Of a stretch of DNA of 64,000 bases, positions 46,888 through 55,701 are shown one piece after another. Position 1 is the first letter of the stretch. Each line of letters opens with the position of its first letter. The translations under genes and the position numbers were made by a program. The notes beneath the pieces are model-generated. The model ran no database searches and was not told the DNA's origin. It saw only the letters and a list, made by a program, of their open reading frames with translations. The DNA is from a phage. The DNA lies in sequence record NC_100327.1; one strand, given 5' to 3'.

Positions 46888-47357
46888 ATGTTGTCAATAT
46901 TATAGAGTGTAGCATGGTTGACGGCCCAGGTATCAGGACAACAGTGTTCTGTTCTGGTTGTCCACATCACTGCGTCGGTTGCCAAAACAAAAGTGTTTGG
47001 TCCCCCGCTAAAGGGGAACCGTTAACAAATGACACAATCGAGAGCATACTTAGCTCTATAGAACCAAACCATATTACCGGCGTTACATTATGCGGTGGAG
47101 AGCCTTTAGCACCTTACAATATTGATGGTATGTATTCAATCATTTGCGCTATCCGTGAACGCTTCGGCAACACAAAAACTATCTGGGTGTACACAGGGTA
47201 TTTGTTTGAAGAAGTCCCCGATTACATTAAAGATAGTGTTGATTACATTATGGACGGTAAGTACGAAAAAGATAACCCCACCAAAAAACCCTTTAGAGGC
47301 AGTGATAACCAAAGAATGTTTAAAAAGGTAGCAGATGGTTGGGTTCAGGTTGACTAA
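46884..47357 (+). CDS. nrdG: anaerobic ribonucleotide reductase activating protein (radical SAM)
   Basis: 157 aa; cysteine cluster CSGCPHHCVGC; adjacent to nrdD. Confidence 0.85.
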   Translation: MNVVNIIECSMVDGPGIRTTVFCSGCPHHCVGCQNKSVWSPAKGEPLTNDTIESILSSIEPNHITGVTLCGGEPLAPYNIDGMYSIICAIRERFGNTKTIWVYTGYLFEEVPDYIKDSVDYIMDGKYEKDNPTKKPFRGSDNQRMFKKVADGWVQVD

Positions 47358-47360
47358 TCG

Positions 47361-47390
47361 TTGACAAAGCTTTGTTAAGTCGGTTATAAT
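47361..47390 (+). promoter_or_regulatory. sigma70-type promoter (consensus)
   Basis: TTGACA - 18 nt - TATAAT. Confidence 0.65.
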
Positions 47391-47419
47391 TGTCGTAATG
47401 AAAGCAGAGGAGGTGCCAA

Positions 47420-47533
47420 ATGGCTAAAAAAGCCTTGAAGAAGGCGTACAAGAAAGAGATTGCGCTTGAGCTTAAGAAAAAACACAAGCGTGAAAATAAA
47501 CATCATGAAGATGAAGAGGGGGTGCAACAGTGA
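47420..47533 (+). CDS. small basic protein (37 aa)
   Basis: Found by hand; ATG with AGAGGAGG RBS 8 nt upstream; MAKKALKKAYKKEIALELKKKHKRENKHHEDEEGVQQ; stop overlaps next start (GTGA). Confidence 0.45.
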   Translation: MAKKALKKAYKKEIALELKKKHKRENKHHEDEEGVQQ

Positions 47534-47880
47534 CACAAGAACGTATCGATTTGGCTAATAAGTTTGTAGATCTCATTTTGCCACGGTTAGTTACTCAACA
47601 TGCAGATGCTATTTCTACTAATCTTGATGGCTTACGCCTAATGCTGAATCGCACAGATGACCCTCGTATTCGGGCTGATTTAGAAGCCTCTGCCAACAAA
47701 CTGGAAAAGTTCTTGCAAGTAGACACGCAAGAAGCCTTGCACAAGATTATGGTGGAAGGTTTCTCTAAAGAATTTACCATTAAAGAGCTTAAGGAGCTGA
47801 TCCACCAAGAAGAGATGAATATCCGAGTTCAGGCTGTTGCAAGCAGCATGGAAGCGGCTATTGAAAAACTGTTGCAGTAA
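47530..47880 (+). CDS. hypothetical helical protein
   Basis: 116 aa; GTG start with GAGGGGG RBS. Confidence 0.5.
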   Translation: MTQERIDLANKFVDLILPRLVTQHADAISTNLDGLRLMLNRTDDPRIRADLEASANKLEKFLQVDTQEALHKIMVEGFSKEFTIKELKELIHQEEMNIRVQAVASSMEAAIEKLLQ

Positions 47881-47918
47881 AAGTACTTGGCACATCTCAA
47901 TCTGAAAGGAGTCCCAAC

Positions 47919-48707
47919 ATGGGTCGAGCTAAAGAAACAAAACGCATGCGTGATGAAGCTAGAGAGGCTCGCAAATCTGATCGCCTGCGTAAGGCTGCTG
48001 AGAAATTTGCTGACGAAAGAGAGCACACCGCTCCAGCTCTCCGACCAATGAATAAGAAGCAGCAAAAGTATCTTGATTATCTAGGGTCACGTAAGATTAT
48101 TATTGTAAACGGTGTGTTTGGATCCGGTAAGACATTTATGGCATCTGCATATGCAGGTGATCTTCTGCGTAAGAACGAGATTGATAAGATCATTGTTGCA
48201 CGTCCTTACGTCCAGACAGGAAAGACTTCAGGATTTAAACCCGGAAATGCAATGCAGAAACTGTGGCCCTATCTTCGAAGCATGATGGACACGATTTGTC
48301 GTCGTGTTGGCAAAGGTGCTTTTACCGCAATGCTGGGAGACGGTCAGAACAGTCGTATCGAGATTTGTGAAGTTGAAAGCATTCGTGGTCGTAGTTTCGA
48401 TGAGCGATGCTTTGTCCTGATTGACGAGGCACAGCAAACTAACCCTGAAGAAATGTTGTCAATTATCACAAGGATCTCTGATCAAGCCACCCTTGTAATT
48501 ATGGGTGATAATAGCCAACGTGACATCCCTGGTAAATCTGGCCTCGCATGGGTGACGGATTTCTTTACTCGTCATCCAGATCCTGAGGTTGGAATGATTA
48601 GCTTTGATAGTCCAGACGATGTCGTTCGTTCCGGGTTGGGTCGTCAGATTGCACTCAATCTTATTGAAGATCGTGCAAATCATATTTGGACCCCTGTTTC
48701 CGAGTAA
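47919..48707 (+). CDS. phoH: PhoH-like ATPase
   Basis: 262 aa, ATG with AAGGAG RBS; Walker A GVFGSGKTF; Walker B CFVLIDEAQ. Confidence 0.85.
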   Translation: MGRAKETKRMRDEAREARKSDRLRKAAEKFADEREHTAPALRPMNKKQQKYLDYLGSRKIIIVNGVFGSGKTFMASAYAGDLLRKNEIDKIIVARPYVQTGKTSGFKPGNAMQKLWPYLRSMMDTICRRVGKGAFTAMLGDGQNSRIEICEVESIRGRSFDERCFVLIDEAQQTNPEEMLSIITRISDQATLVIMGDNSQRDIPGKSGLAWVTDFFTRHPDPEVGMISFDSPDDVVRSGLGRQIALNLIEDRANHIWTPVSE

Positions 48708-48752
48708 TACAGAAGGGTGGTTATTCCACCCTTAAAATATCTAAAACAGTTG

Positions 48753-48781
48753 TTGACAAACAGGTAAGCTTTAGATATTAT
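48753..48781 (+). promoter_or_regulatory. sigma70-type promoter
   Basis: TTGACA - 17 nt - TATTAT. Confidence 0.6.
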
Positions 48782-48811
48782 CATCGGACAAAACAAGGAG
48801 AAGGAGATAGT

Positions 48812-49123
48812 ATGGCTACAATACAAGAGAGACTGAATAAAATATACTGCCTGTTCGTCTACAACGGTGAGACAATTTTGGCAAATAAAGGATCCAAGAA
48901 TGTGTGGATCAAGGACAGTGGTGGTAATATAATCAACTTAGCGTTGCTACGTGAGCGCCGACACAGATTCTTTATCGAGTCTCGAATTATTGAAAGCAGC
49001 ACCTGCTACAGAACAGGCGATAAAGTAATTGTTGACAATGATACGTGGTATGTGGTAGACTGGCAATCATTGAGTTGTGATGCTTCTGACAATCGTAAGT
49101 ATTCCATAGTGATTGCTAAATAA
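48812..49123 (+). CDS. hypothetical protein
   Basis: ORF track 48686..49123; start moved to ATG (MATIQERL) with AAGGAGAAGGAG RBS. Confidence 0.5.
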   Translation: MATIQERLNKIYCLFVYNGETILANKGSKNVWIKDSGGNIINLALLRERRHRFFIESRIIESSTCYRTGDKVIVDNDTWYVVDWQSLSCDASDNRKYSIVIAK

Positions 49124-49183
49124 AGGTAAATGTGAATCAGGTTTAAATAAATAGCTTTCAACTTCCAATATTAAGGATTTCTC

Positions 49184-50230
49184 ATGAATTTAACACCTCG
49201 CAGCACCATGGTACACGGCATGAAAGAAAAACAGAACGGTTTCGAACCTATGAGTAATAAAATGTTTGGTATGCCGGGCGGTATCATGGAAACATACAGC
49301 TACCCAACACCTGTTGTTGACCACGTTCTTTATATCGACGATTTGGAAGACCTGCAGGATCATATGTCTCGTCTGCAGACGATCCGTATGGCTCAGCCGG
49401 AAGAAAGCATTCGGGTGATCATCAATAGCCCTGGTGGTTGCGTGCACATTGCAATGGCTTATCTACAGGCATTCCGCGAGTCTCAGGCAAGCGTTGTTGC
49501 ACATGCTGAAGGGATGTGCTGCTCTGCGGGAACAATCTTATGGCTGGGTTGTAAAGAACGCACTGTGGCTCCGGACACAGAATTTATGTTCCACTACTAT
49601 CAAGGTGGCACTTATGGTAACGGTGTGAACATGAATACTCAGGTCAGCTACTGGAAAAAACGTTTTGAACGCCTGATCGAAAAATACTACGGTGGGGTGC
49701 TGACAGAAGATGAGATCGCATCCATCACAGCTGGTGGTGAAGTGTGGTTGGACGGAGAGGAGCTGGCAGCTCGAACTGGAGCCATCATTCTGGATGAAGG
49801 TAACATACAGCGCATCCAGAACGGACAAAAACCTAAAAAGCTTCTGGCAAAAGGTGATGAAGGCGTGTTAGGTGAAGCAGGTCTTCCTGAGATTCACCAG
49901 TGCACCTCTTTAGATGAGCTAGTTCATGCTGTTGAATCTGCGAAAGCGGTTGGTTCGAAAGGTGATGTTCACACTGTGTTCCTAAATCTGCAGATGGAAA
50001 GTGGTGAGACCATTAAGATTGCCTTAGGTGAGATTACCTCAGAAGATCTGCAGCGATTCTCTGTCGTTGAACTTCAAGACATTCTGTCCCAATTGAAGAC
50101 AACCCTGAACGGCGGTGAAGAGGTTAAGGTAAAAGATAAGACTCGCAAGCGTCTGGTGGACAATATTATTAAAACAGCAAAAGAGCTCAATGAAAAAATC
50201 CTGGGTGCAGGAATTGTCGAAGAAGCTTAA
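49184..50230 (+). CDS. ClpP-like (S14-family) serine peptidase with ~150-aa C-terminal extension
   Basis: 348 aa, ATG with AAGGA RBS; INSPGG, CCSAGTILWLG (Ser) and FMFHYYQGG (His) align with ClpP catalytic regions. Confidence 0.7.
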   Translation: MNLTPRSTMVHGMKEKQNGFEPMSNKMFGMPGGIMETYSYPTPVVDHVLYIDDLEDLQDHMSRLQTIRMAQPEESIRVIINSPGGCVHIAMAYLQAFRESQASVVAHAEGMCCSAGTILWLGCKERTVAPDTEFMFHYYQGGTYGNGVNMNTQVSYWKKRFERLIEKYYGGVLTEDEIASITAGGEVWLDGEELAARTGAIILDEGNIQRIQNGQKPKKLLAKGDEGVLGEAGLPEIHQCTSLDELVHAVESAKAVGSKGDVHTVFLNLQMESGETIKIALGEITSEDLQRFSVVELQDILSQLKTTLNGGEEVKVKDKTRKRLVDNIIKTAKELNEKILGAGIVEEA

Positions 50231-50242
50231 ACATTAATTCTA

Positions 50243-50268
50243 AAGCCCTCTTCGGAGGGCTTTTATGA
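50243..50268 (+). terminator. rho-independent terminator
   Basis: AAGCCCTC-ttcg-GAGGGCTT followed by TTAT. Confidence 0.65.
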
Positions 50269-50281
50269 TCTGGAGATTTGC

Positions 50282-50815
50282 ATGACTTGTGCTAGAAAAC
50301 CTGATGAACAACGTAACGCTTACGATGAGTATGTGACACCGGAGTGGTGTGCAGAAGGGCTGTATGACCTTATTCCGTTCCCAGAAGACTGGACCTATTT
50401 AGAGCCTTGCAGGAATAGTGCCTCAGGTGTGTTCTACTCACGTATGCCGTTAGGATCTGCATGGGGAGAAATCCAAGAAGGTGTTGACTATCTGAATACA
50501 GAATACAACCATGTTGACTGTATTATCACCAACCCACCATACAGTTTGGCTCGTGAGTTTGTAGACAAGGCGTTGAAAGATGCTGACGTAGTTATTATGC
50601 TTTTGCGTCTTAATTTTCTGGAAAGCAAAGCCAGATTTGAATGGTGGCTTGATAATGCACCTACCACTGTGATCACAATATCTAAGCGTCCATCTTTTCA
50701 ATCAAATGGCAGAACTGACGGGCAAGCATATGCATATTTTGTCTGGGATAAGAAAAACCGTTTAGACTTGCCGCCATTTATGTGGTTGGCACCTCCAGAG
50801 GTAGACCTGAAATGA
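50282..50815 (+). CDS. small phage-type N6-adenine DNA methyltransferase
   Basis: 177 aa, ATG with GGAG RBS; motif IV DCIITNPPYS. Confidence 0.65.
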   Translation: MTCARKPDEQRNAYDEYVTPEWCAEGLYDLIPFPEDWTYLEPCRNSASGVFYSRMPLGSAWGEIQEGVDYLNTEYNHVDCIITNPPYSLAREFVDKALKDADVVIMLLRLNFLESKARFEWWLDNAPTTVITISKRPSFQSNGRTDGQAYAYFVWDKKNRLDLPPFMWLAPPEVDLK

Positions 50816-51096
50816 AAATGAGTGCTAAGGACAAATTACACCAGTTAGCGCTAAAACGTCCTGTAACGCTTCCTGACGAGCTTAACTCTATTTATGATGC
50901 GATTGTAGGGGAGATACAAAATAAAGCGTTAGCAGGCTTTCTGGGGTGCGGATTTTCGATAAATCTACCATCGCATCTCTCAGATTACTTCCCGCACATT
51001 GTTGGAGATTTAAGGGCAGGAGGTCTGCAGGTAGATGTTGTTGGCATCTCCCCAGAGAAAAATAATACGGTTGCCTACTTGACAGTAACCTGGTAG
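50812..51096 (+). CDS. hypothetical protein
   Basis: ORF track 50782..51096; ATG overlapping upstream stop (ATGA). Confidence 0.45.
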   Translation: MKMSAKDKLHQLALKRPVTLPDELNSIYDAIVGEIQNKALAGFLGCGFSINLPSHLSDYFPHIVGDLRAGGLQVDVVGISPEKNNTVAYLTVTW

Positions 51097-51132
51097 TTGT
51101 GTATTGTTGTTTTCAACAAGAGGGGGTCATTT

Positions 51133-51372
51133 ATGTACAAGTCATTTTCAATCTACTCAAGACAGTCGAAACACTACACAGAGATCCTGATCACTCAGAA
51201 AAAATCTGTGGAAGGTGAGTGGGAATATCACCATAAAATGTTGCGTCCAGACTGGGTTTTTGATAGACTTATTGCTATGATCCCTCTCGGAGAAGTATAC
51301 CCTCTGACAGCCCATCGCGATGCTTGGGATTTAATTGATTACATAGATTCATTTAAGGAGCCTAGATTATGA
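51133..51372 (+). CDS. hypothetical protein
   Basis: ORF track 51097..51372; ATG (MYKSFSIY) with GAGGGGG RBS. Confidence 0.45.
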   Translation: MYKSFSIYSRQSKHYTEILITQKKSVEGEWEYHHKMLRPDWVFDRLIAMIPLGEVYPLTAHRDAWDLIDYIDSFKEPRL

Positions 51373-51770
51373 AGATTGAGATTACTAAAGAAGGTAAGAA
51401 AGTGTCCGGCAACTATGCAACAGTAATTCGGGATTTAATGTTTGAAGCCACCAAGATCGGTACATCTAAAGTTGGTCAAACTGTTAGTGTGCAAAGTAAT
51501 ATCGCCACAGGAGAGAAGGTATTCATTGTGGTCAAAGGGCAGGATCCTGTGGAAGGAACAGTGGGCCGAGGAGGTTACCTGTGCATTTCTGAAGAGCCTC
51601 GTATGCTAGTGGCTGACTCCGCTACTATAGGTGGGAAACGTGTGTGCGAGGCGGATGAGGTGATGATTATCCAGCCTGTTGACCCAGATGATCCAGCAAC
51701 TTGGGTGGTAGGAAATGAAATCTTCTCTTTAGAAGAGTTATCCTTCCTAGCCCCGCGCTCTGTTCAGTAA
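51369..51770 (+). CDS. small-protein paralog family A member (longer form)
   Basis: 133 aa, ATG with AAGGAG RBS; shares MKIEIT start and KVFIVVKGQD motif with family. Confidence 0.5.
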   Translation: MKIEITKEGKKVSGNYATVIRDLMFEATKIGTSKVGQTVSVQSNIATGEKVFIVVKGQDPVEGTVGRGGYLCISEEPRMLVADSATIGGKRVCEADEVMIIQPVDPDDPATWVVGNEIFSLEELSFLAPRSVQ

Positions 51771-51809
51771 TAATTTATCTTACCAGGGACGGTAGAAGCA
51801 GGAGGTAGC

Positions 51810-52043
51810 ATGAAAGTTAAATTTCTTACAGATTTAGGGTACCCTTCCTTGGTTGACTGTGTTGGTAAAATTGTGGAAGCAAAACGGCTATCTGCAAACG
51901 AGAATGTTGTCCTGGTTAAAGGGAAGGATTTACTAGCTGCAGGTGCAGAGTCTGGCAGGATCTCTCCTGATTATATGTATTACCTATCTTTAAGTAATCT
52001 GCCAGAGCGAGGCGGTAAAGGCCTTGAAGTTGTGGAGGGGTGA
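51810..52043 (+). CDS. small acidic protein, paralog family A
   Basis: 77 aa, ATG with AGGAGG RBS; MKVKFL...VVLVKGKDLLAAGA. Confidence 0.55.
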   Translation: MKVKFLTDLGYPSLVDCVGKIVEAKRLSANENVVLVKGKDLLAAGAESGRISPDYMYYLSLSNLPERGGKGLEVVEG

Positions 52044-52048
52044 CAGGT

Positions 52049-52573
52049 ATGCTTCTGATTAACTGGGAAGACCTCTATGGGGACAAAGACCCTGTTGCGT
52101 TTGTTGATCGTAGGTGGAGATACACTGAAGAACAACTGGCGGCAAAAAATTTAACTGCAAAACGCAGAAAGATCATCCAGTGCAAGTACAAATACGCACA
52201 GTTTGCTGCAAAAGTGTCTCCACAAATCGAGAGCTTTGTGCTTAAATTGTATGACGAGTACCTCAAATTCAAATTGGATTTTGTACAGGTGTACCGTGCA
52301 CAGATACGACCAGATACCAACATATGTAGATGGAAGGTTGTTTGTGACGGTAAAGATTTGCCGCTCAGCTTGACAATTGAGTGGCGTTATGGGTATCATG
52401 AGTGTGGTCTGTATGATATTTGGGATGTCATTGTAGATCCTGCTAAGCATCTGAACACAGAGGAGCTGGAATATATCAATAAGGTTATTCTCGATATGTT
52501 TTTCAGCTACACCCATGAAAACTCTGAGAAAGAACGGGATAATTTTCTTGACACCCTCAGTTGCCATTTGTAG
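52049..52573 (+). CDS. hypothetical protein
   Basis: ORF track 52040..52573 (GTG); ATG at codon 4 after GGAGGGG. Confidence 0.5.
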   Translation: MLLINWEDLYGDKDPVAFVDRRWRYTEEQLAAKNLTAKRRKIIQCKYKYAQFAAKVSPQIESFVLKLYDEYLKFKLDFVQVYRAQIRPDTNICRWKVVCDGKDLPLSLTIEWRYGYHECGLYDIWDVIVDPAKHLNTEELEYINKVILDMFFSYTHENSEKERDNFLDTLSCHL

Positions 52574-52576
52574 TAT
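52548..52576 (+). promoter_or_regulatory. sigma70-type promoter
   Basis: TTGACA - 17 nt - TAGTAT. Confidence 0.5.
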
Positions 52577-52603
52577 ACAATTTAACCTACAAAGGGAGGA
52601 CCA

Positions 52604-52840
52604 ATGAGTATAAATGTTGTGCTAATAGGTTACCTGGTAATGTCCGTTATAACAGCGGTATTCTTGACAGGTGTATGCATCGTGTCCAGACGAAGGGTGA
52701 AGTTTGAGGATTTTATCACCATCATCACTGCTGCACCTTTTTGGCCTGTTGTTATCTTCATCGTGATAATGTGCCTTGTTGATTACTACAAGAATATCCG
52801 TAAGGAGAAAAAGGAGGGTAGGGATGGAGACCGCACCTAA
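52604..52840 (+). CDS. small membrane protein (two predicted TM helices)
   Basis: 78 aa, ATG with GGGAGG RBS; hydrophobic segments VVLIGYLVMSVITAVFLTGVCIV and FWPVVIFIVIMCLV. Confidence 0.5.
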   Translation: MSINVVLIGYLVMSVITAVFLTGVCIVSRRRVKFEDFITIITAAPFWPVVIFIVIMCLVDYYKNIRKEKKEGRDGDRT

Positions 52841-52976
52841 AACTGTTTATACTGTTCTTAAAGAGATTGCGTTCTACGCAGATCTTAGCCAGGCACCTTT
52901 ATGGGAAAAGAGCATGTATTTAAAATGGTGCGTTAATTTAGGGAGGCCTTCCAGTGTTTCAAGCCATGTTTATTGA
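52824..52976 (+). CDS. hypothetical small protein
   Basis: ORF track 52776..52976; ATG (METAPKT) with AAGGAGGG RBS. Confidence 0.45.
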   Translation: METAPKTVYTVLKEIAFYADLSQAPLWEKSMYLKWCVNLGRPSSVSSHVY

Positions 52977-53073
52977 GATGCTATCTGGGGTATTGTTACT
53001 GGTAGCCATCTTAGGTGGTGCAGTTCTGATGTATAACTATCTTGAAAAAGGAGACAGCAATGGTAAAAAATAA
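52954..53073 (+). CDS. hydrophobic micro-peptide (candidate)
   Basis: Found by hand; GTG after GGGAGG; ...MFIEMLSGVLLLVAILGGAVLMYNYLEK... Confidence 0.3.
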   Translation: MFQAMFIEMLSGVLLLVAILGGAVLMYNYLEKGDSNGKK

Positions 53074-53245
53074 ATCTTTAGAGCAGGCTGAAAACCTTCT
53101 CCACGAGCTGGTAAAGGAGTGGAAAGTTGAATACTCAGATTTTAATGCACGAGAGGGTGAAGATTATTGGCCTACGGAGCGCTCAGAGGGCGAATGGTAT
53201 CAAGATTTTATAGAGTGGTTATATCAGACGTGCGATGAGGGGTGA
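53060..53245 (+). CDS. hypothetical small acidic protein
   Basis: ORF track 53042..53245; ATG at codon 7 with AAGGAG RBS. Confidence 0.45.
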   Translation: MVKNKSLEQAENLLHELVKEWKVEYSDFNAREGEDYWPTERSEGEWYQDFIEWLYQTCDEG

Positions 53246-53247
53246 CG

Positions 53248-53712
53248 ATGTTTGTTAAATATGTAAAAACGTGCCTCAACAGTCTTGGCAGAGAGCATTG
53301 GTACACCTTGCTTGAAAAAGGGGAAATTTTAACAAAATCTGGAAAGATAACTTTGATACCTCTTGATAGTAAAGGTAAAGACCCGTCACGACTTGTTATA
53401 GATGATTACGTTACAGGTGTGACGTTCGAGGTCTCTGTGGAGAGGTTAATACGCAGAGCTGGCGGCCCTTATGACCGAAGAGAGTATGTTTTCGATTCCG
53501 TTACAGAGATGGGGGAGCATCCGTCTTTAATGTTCAGGATGGTAATCAGAGATATGAGGTCATCTATAGATAGGATCGTAAAGGACATTAAGGAACCTTT
53601 TAGAGTAAAAGTTAAGAAGTTTTTCGATTCTAAGATTAACATACTCGCCGTTGCACTAGGTGTAGTTCAACTTCTGTTAATTTTGCACTATTTTGAACTA
53701 CTATTTAAGTAG
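53248..53712 (+). CDS. C-terminally membrane-anchored protein
   Basis: ORF track 53242..53712; ATG at codon 3; C-terminal hydrophobic helix ILAVALGVVQLLLILHYF. Confidence 0.5.
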   Translation: MFVKYVKTCLNSLGREHWYTLLEKGEILTKSGKITLIPLDSKGKDPSRLVIDDYVTGVTFEVSVERLIRRAGGPYDRREYVFDSVTEMGEHPSLMFRMVIRDMRSSIDRIVKDIKEPFRVKVKKFFDSKINILAVALGVVQLLLILHYFELLFK

Positions 53713-53774
53713 TAGTTGAGATATGGCACAAAGGATGTGCCATAGTGAAATAAACTAAGAAAGAGGTAGAGAGA

Positions 53775-54122
53775 ATGCCAAAGATTAAAACGTTATTACT
53801 GTGGGTAGCTGTTTTAGCTTTTATAGGGTACTGGACTTGGGAAACTGAATTAAAAGATATCGGATATACCAGTCTTGAGAGCAAGGCGTGCATTGGCATA
53901 ACCGATGCGTTCAGGCAAAATGCTATGGATCACGAATGTGTTGATGCAGATATAGATGAGAAACTGTCTAAGGACAAAGATTTTTACCATGGGCATGCTT
54001 TACTTGATAGTGGTGACACTGTAGAGTTCTGGTCGTGGTTTCGTGAAGATGGAACAATAAAAACAGCAGTAAAGATTTCTAACAAAGAGTTAATGCTGTT
54101 GCAGCAAAAGGAGGCTCAATGA
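53775..54122 (+). CDS. N-terminally anchored membrane/periplasmic protein
   Basis: 115 aa, ATG with AGAGG RBS; N-terminal TM LLLWVAVLAFIGYW. Confidence 0.5.
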   Translation: MPKIKTLLLWVAVLAFIGYWTWETELKDIGYTSLESKACIGITDAFRQNAMDHECVDADIDEKLSKDKDFYHGHALLDSGDTVEFWSWFREDGTIKTAVKISNKELMLLQQKEAQ

Positions 54123-54406
54123 TTTGGATATCCTATGCTGATGGCACCATGCTGTATACTGCAGGTACCAGATATGAAGTTCAGGAGAACGATAAAAAAT
54201 TTATCGTAAAAACATTTGACAAGGACGACAACCTTTTGCTAGAATTGACTTACAAAGTTGGAGAGGTATCCAATATCCAGTTGGATTGTGGTCATAAAGA
54301 TAATTCACTCAAAAAACCTGGAGTAGGTAAGGCTTCAGAAGAACGTCTGTCTCGTATTGCAGAAAGCGTTTCTCCCCAAAAATCTAAGAAGAGGACTAGA
54401 AAATGA
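54119..54406 (+). CDS. hypothetical protein
   Basis: 95 aa, ATG with AAGGAGG RBS. Confidence 0.5.
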   Translation: MIWISYADGTMLYTAGTRYEVQENDKKFIVKTFDKDDNLLLELTYKVGEVSNIQLDCGHKDNSLKKPGVGKASEERLSRIAESVSPQKSKKRTRK

Positions 54407-54597
54407 AAAACTTACGTTTTAACACTTATTACTACAACACATTGAATGATTTGTATTATATTGTTCGAAGTAAAAGTCCTGAAACAGTCCTATTCTGCCG
54501 CGAACCTTTCAAAGGGGAGGAAGTAGAGTCTGAGATGAATGTTAGCCAGATCACCTCTTTGTTGCTCTCAGGCGCAATGGAAGAAGCAATATTCTAA
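54403..54597 (+). CDS. hypothetical protein
   Basis: 64 aa, ATG overlapping upstream stop. Confidence 0.45.
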   Translation: MKNLRFNTYYYNTLNDLYYIVRSKSPETVLFCREPFKGEEVESEMNVSQITSLLLSGAMEEAIF

Positions 54598-54615
54598 ACC
54601 AGGCGGGAGGGTTTT

Positions 54616-54801
54616 ATGAAGCACTATTGCCTGTCTGGTAGAATGGGTGCAGATTGTGATTGGGTTTTCTTAAAACTTGTCAGCATTCGAGAGTTCATCC
54701 CAGAGGAAGAGCAAGAAAGCGAGCTGATGTCATGGATCAACCATTACGGTAACACTTTTCGGCATGTTAAGGTAGAAGAGTTGCCAAGCGAGGCTGATTG
54801 A
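54616..54801 (+). CDS. hypothetical protein
   Basis: 61 aa, ATG with GGGAGGG RBS. Confidence 0.45.
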   Translation: MKHYCLSGRMGADCDWVFLKLVSIREFIPEEEQESELMSWINHYGNTFRHVKVEELPSEAD

Positions 54802-54803
54802 CT

Positions 54804-54893
54804 ATGATTGCATCAATATTAACGTTTATGGGTGGCGTGGCATTCGGATTCATTGTTTGCCTGTTTATAGTGATTATGTCTATGCGAGGCTGA
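54804..54893 (+). CDS. hydrophobic micro-peptide (29 aa, candidate)
   Basis: Found by hand; MIASILTFMGGVAFGFIVCLFIVIMSMRG; begins 3 nt after upstream stop. Confidence 0.3.
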   Translation: MIASILTFMGGVAFGFIVCLFIVIMSMRG

Positions 54894-54896
54894 ATT

Positions 54897-55193
54897 ATGA
54901 AACTTTTTGAGTGGTTTAAAAAGTTTAAATATAAAGCTGTAGCCATCGTGCCGTGGTCCATTCAGTGGGTTGATGAAGGTGGTCTACCGATACCTGGTGA
55001 CAAAGATACTGGGTACTGGATTATGATGGAGAACGGGTTTGGAAAGCGAAAGTATACGTGCACAAACTCTACTCGATCTGCACTTAATAGAGTGCCTGGT
55101 TACAAACTTATGGTTGTGTGGAAAATGTCAGGCGTGCCTCCAGCCAATGCTCAATTTCTTACTGACAATCCTACCACGGTAGAGGGAGATTGA
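54897..55193 (+). CDS. hypothetical protein
   Basis: 98 aa, ATG with GAGG RBS. Confidence 0.5.
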   Translation: MKLFEWFKKFKYKAVAIVPWSIQWVDEGGLPIPGDKDTGYWIMMENGFGKRKYTCTNSTRSALNRVPGYKLMVVWKMSGVPPANAQFLTDNPTTVEGD

Positions 55194-55195
55194 TA

Positions 55196-55477
55196 ATGAA
55201 AAAGATTAACAGTAGTGAAGTCGAGTTTAAACTTGTCGGAAAAGGCACTTACTGGGAAGTTCGTCAAAAGGTATATTTGTTCGGTCTTATTCCTTACTGG
55301 TCTAAATTCTACTGGGGAGCTAACGAGTGGGGAAGATACGCCACCAAATCAATGGCACTTATTGGTATAGCAGAGTACATTGCAGCCAGAGATAGGGTTG
55401 GAGACACTTATTACTATACTGCGGACGATATTCGTAACAGTGTTTACGTCCCACAACCACCTGATGGAGACCGTTGA
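55196..55477 (+). CDS. hypothetical protein
   Basis: ORF track 55190..55477; ATG at codon 3 with AGAGGGAG RBS. Confidence 0.5.
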   Translation: MKKINSSEVEFKLVGKGTYWEVRQKVYLFGLIPYWSKFYWGANEWGRYATKSMALIGIAEYIAARDRVGDTYYYTADDIRNSVYVPQPPDGDR

Positions 55478-55701
55478 TGAAAGTTAAAGTTTTAGATTCA
55501 AGCTTCTATATTGGTCAGGAGCCCTTAGTGGGGAAAGTGTTTACTGCTGTCCCTAACGAAGATTACCCCGACCTTTTAAAAATAAAAGGGGCAGATCTTA
55601 TTGCCGCTGGTGCATCTCAGGAATGCTTTGACAGTCAGTGGACCTACAACTTTGCCCTAGGTGAGGATGTAGAGATAGTGGAGGACAATCATGAAGGTTA
55701 A
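55477..55701 (+). CDS. small acidic protein, paralog family A
   Basis: ORF track 55474..55701; ATG; MKVKVLDSSFYIGQ...LLKIKGADLIAAGA...DVEIVED. Confidence 0.55.
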   Translation: MKVKVLDSSFYIGQEPLVGKVFTAVPNEDYPDLLKIKGADLIAAGASQECFDSQWTYNFALGEDVEIVEDNHEG

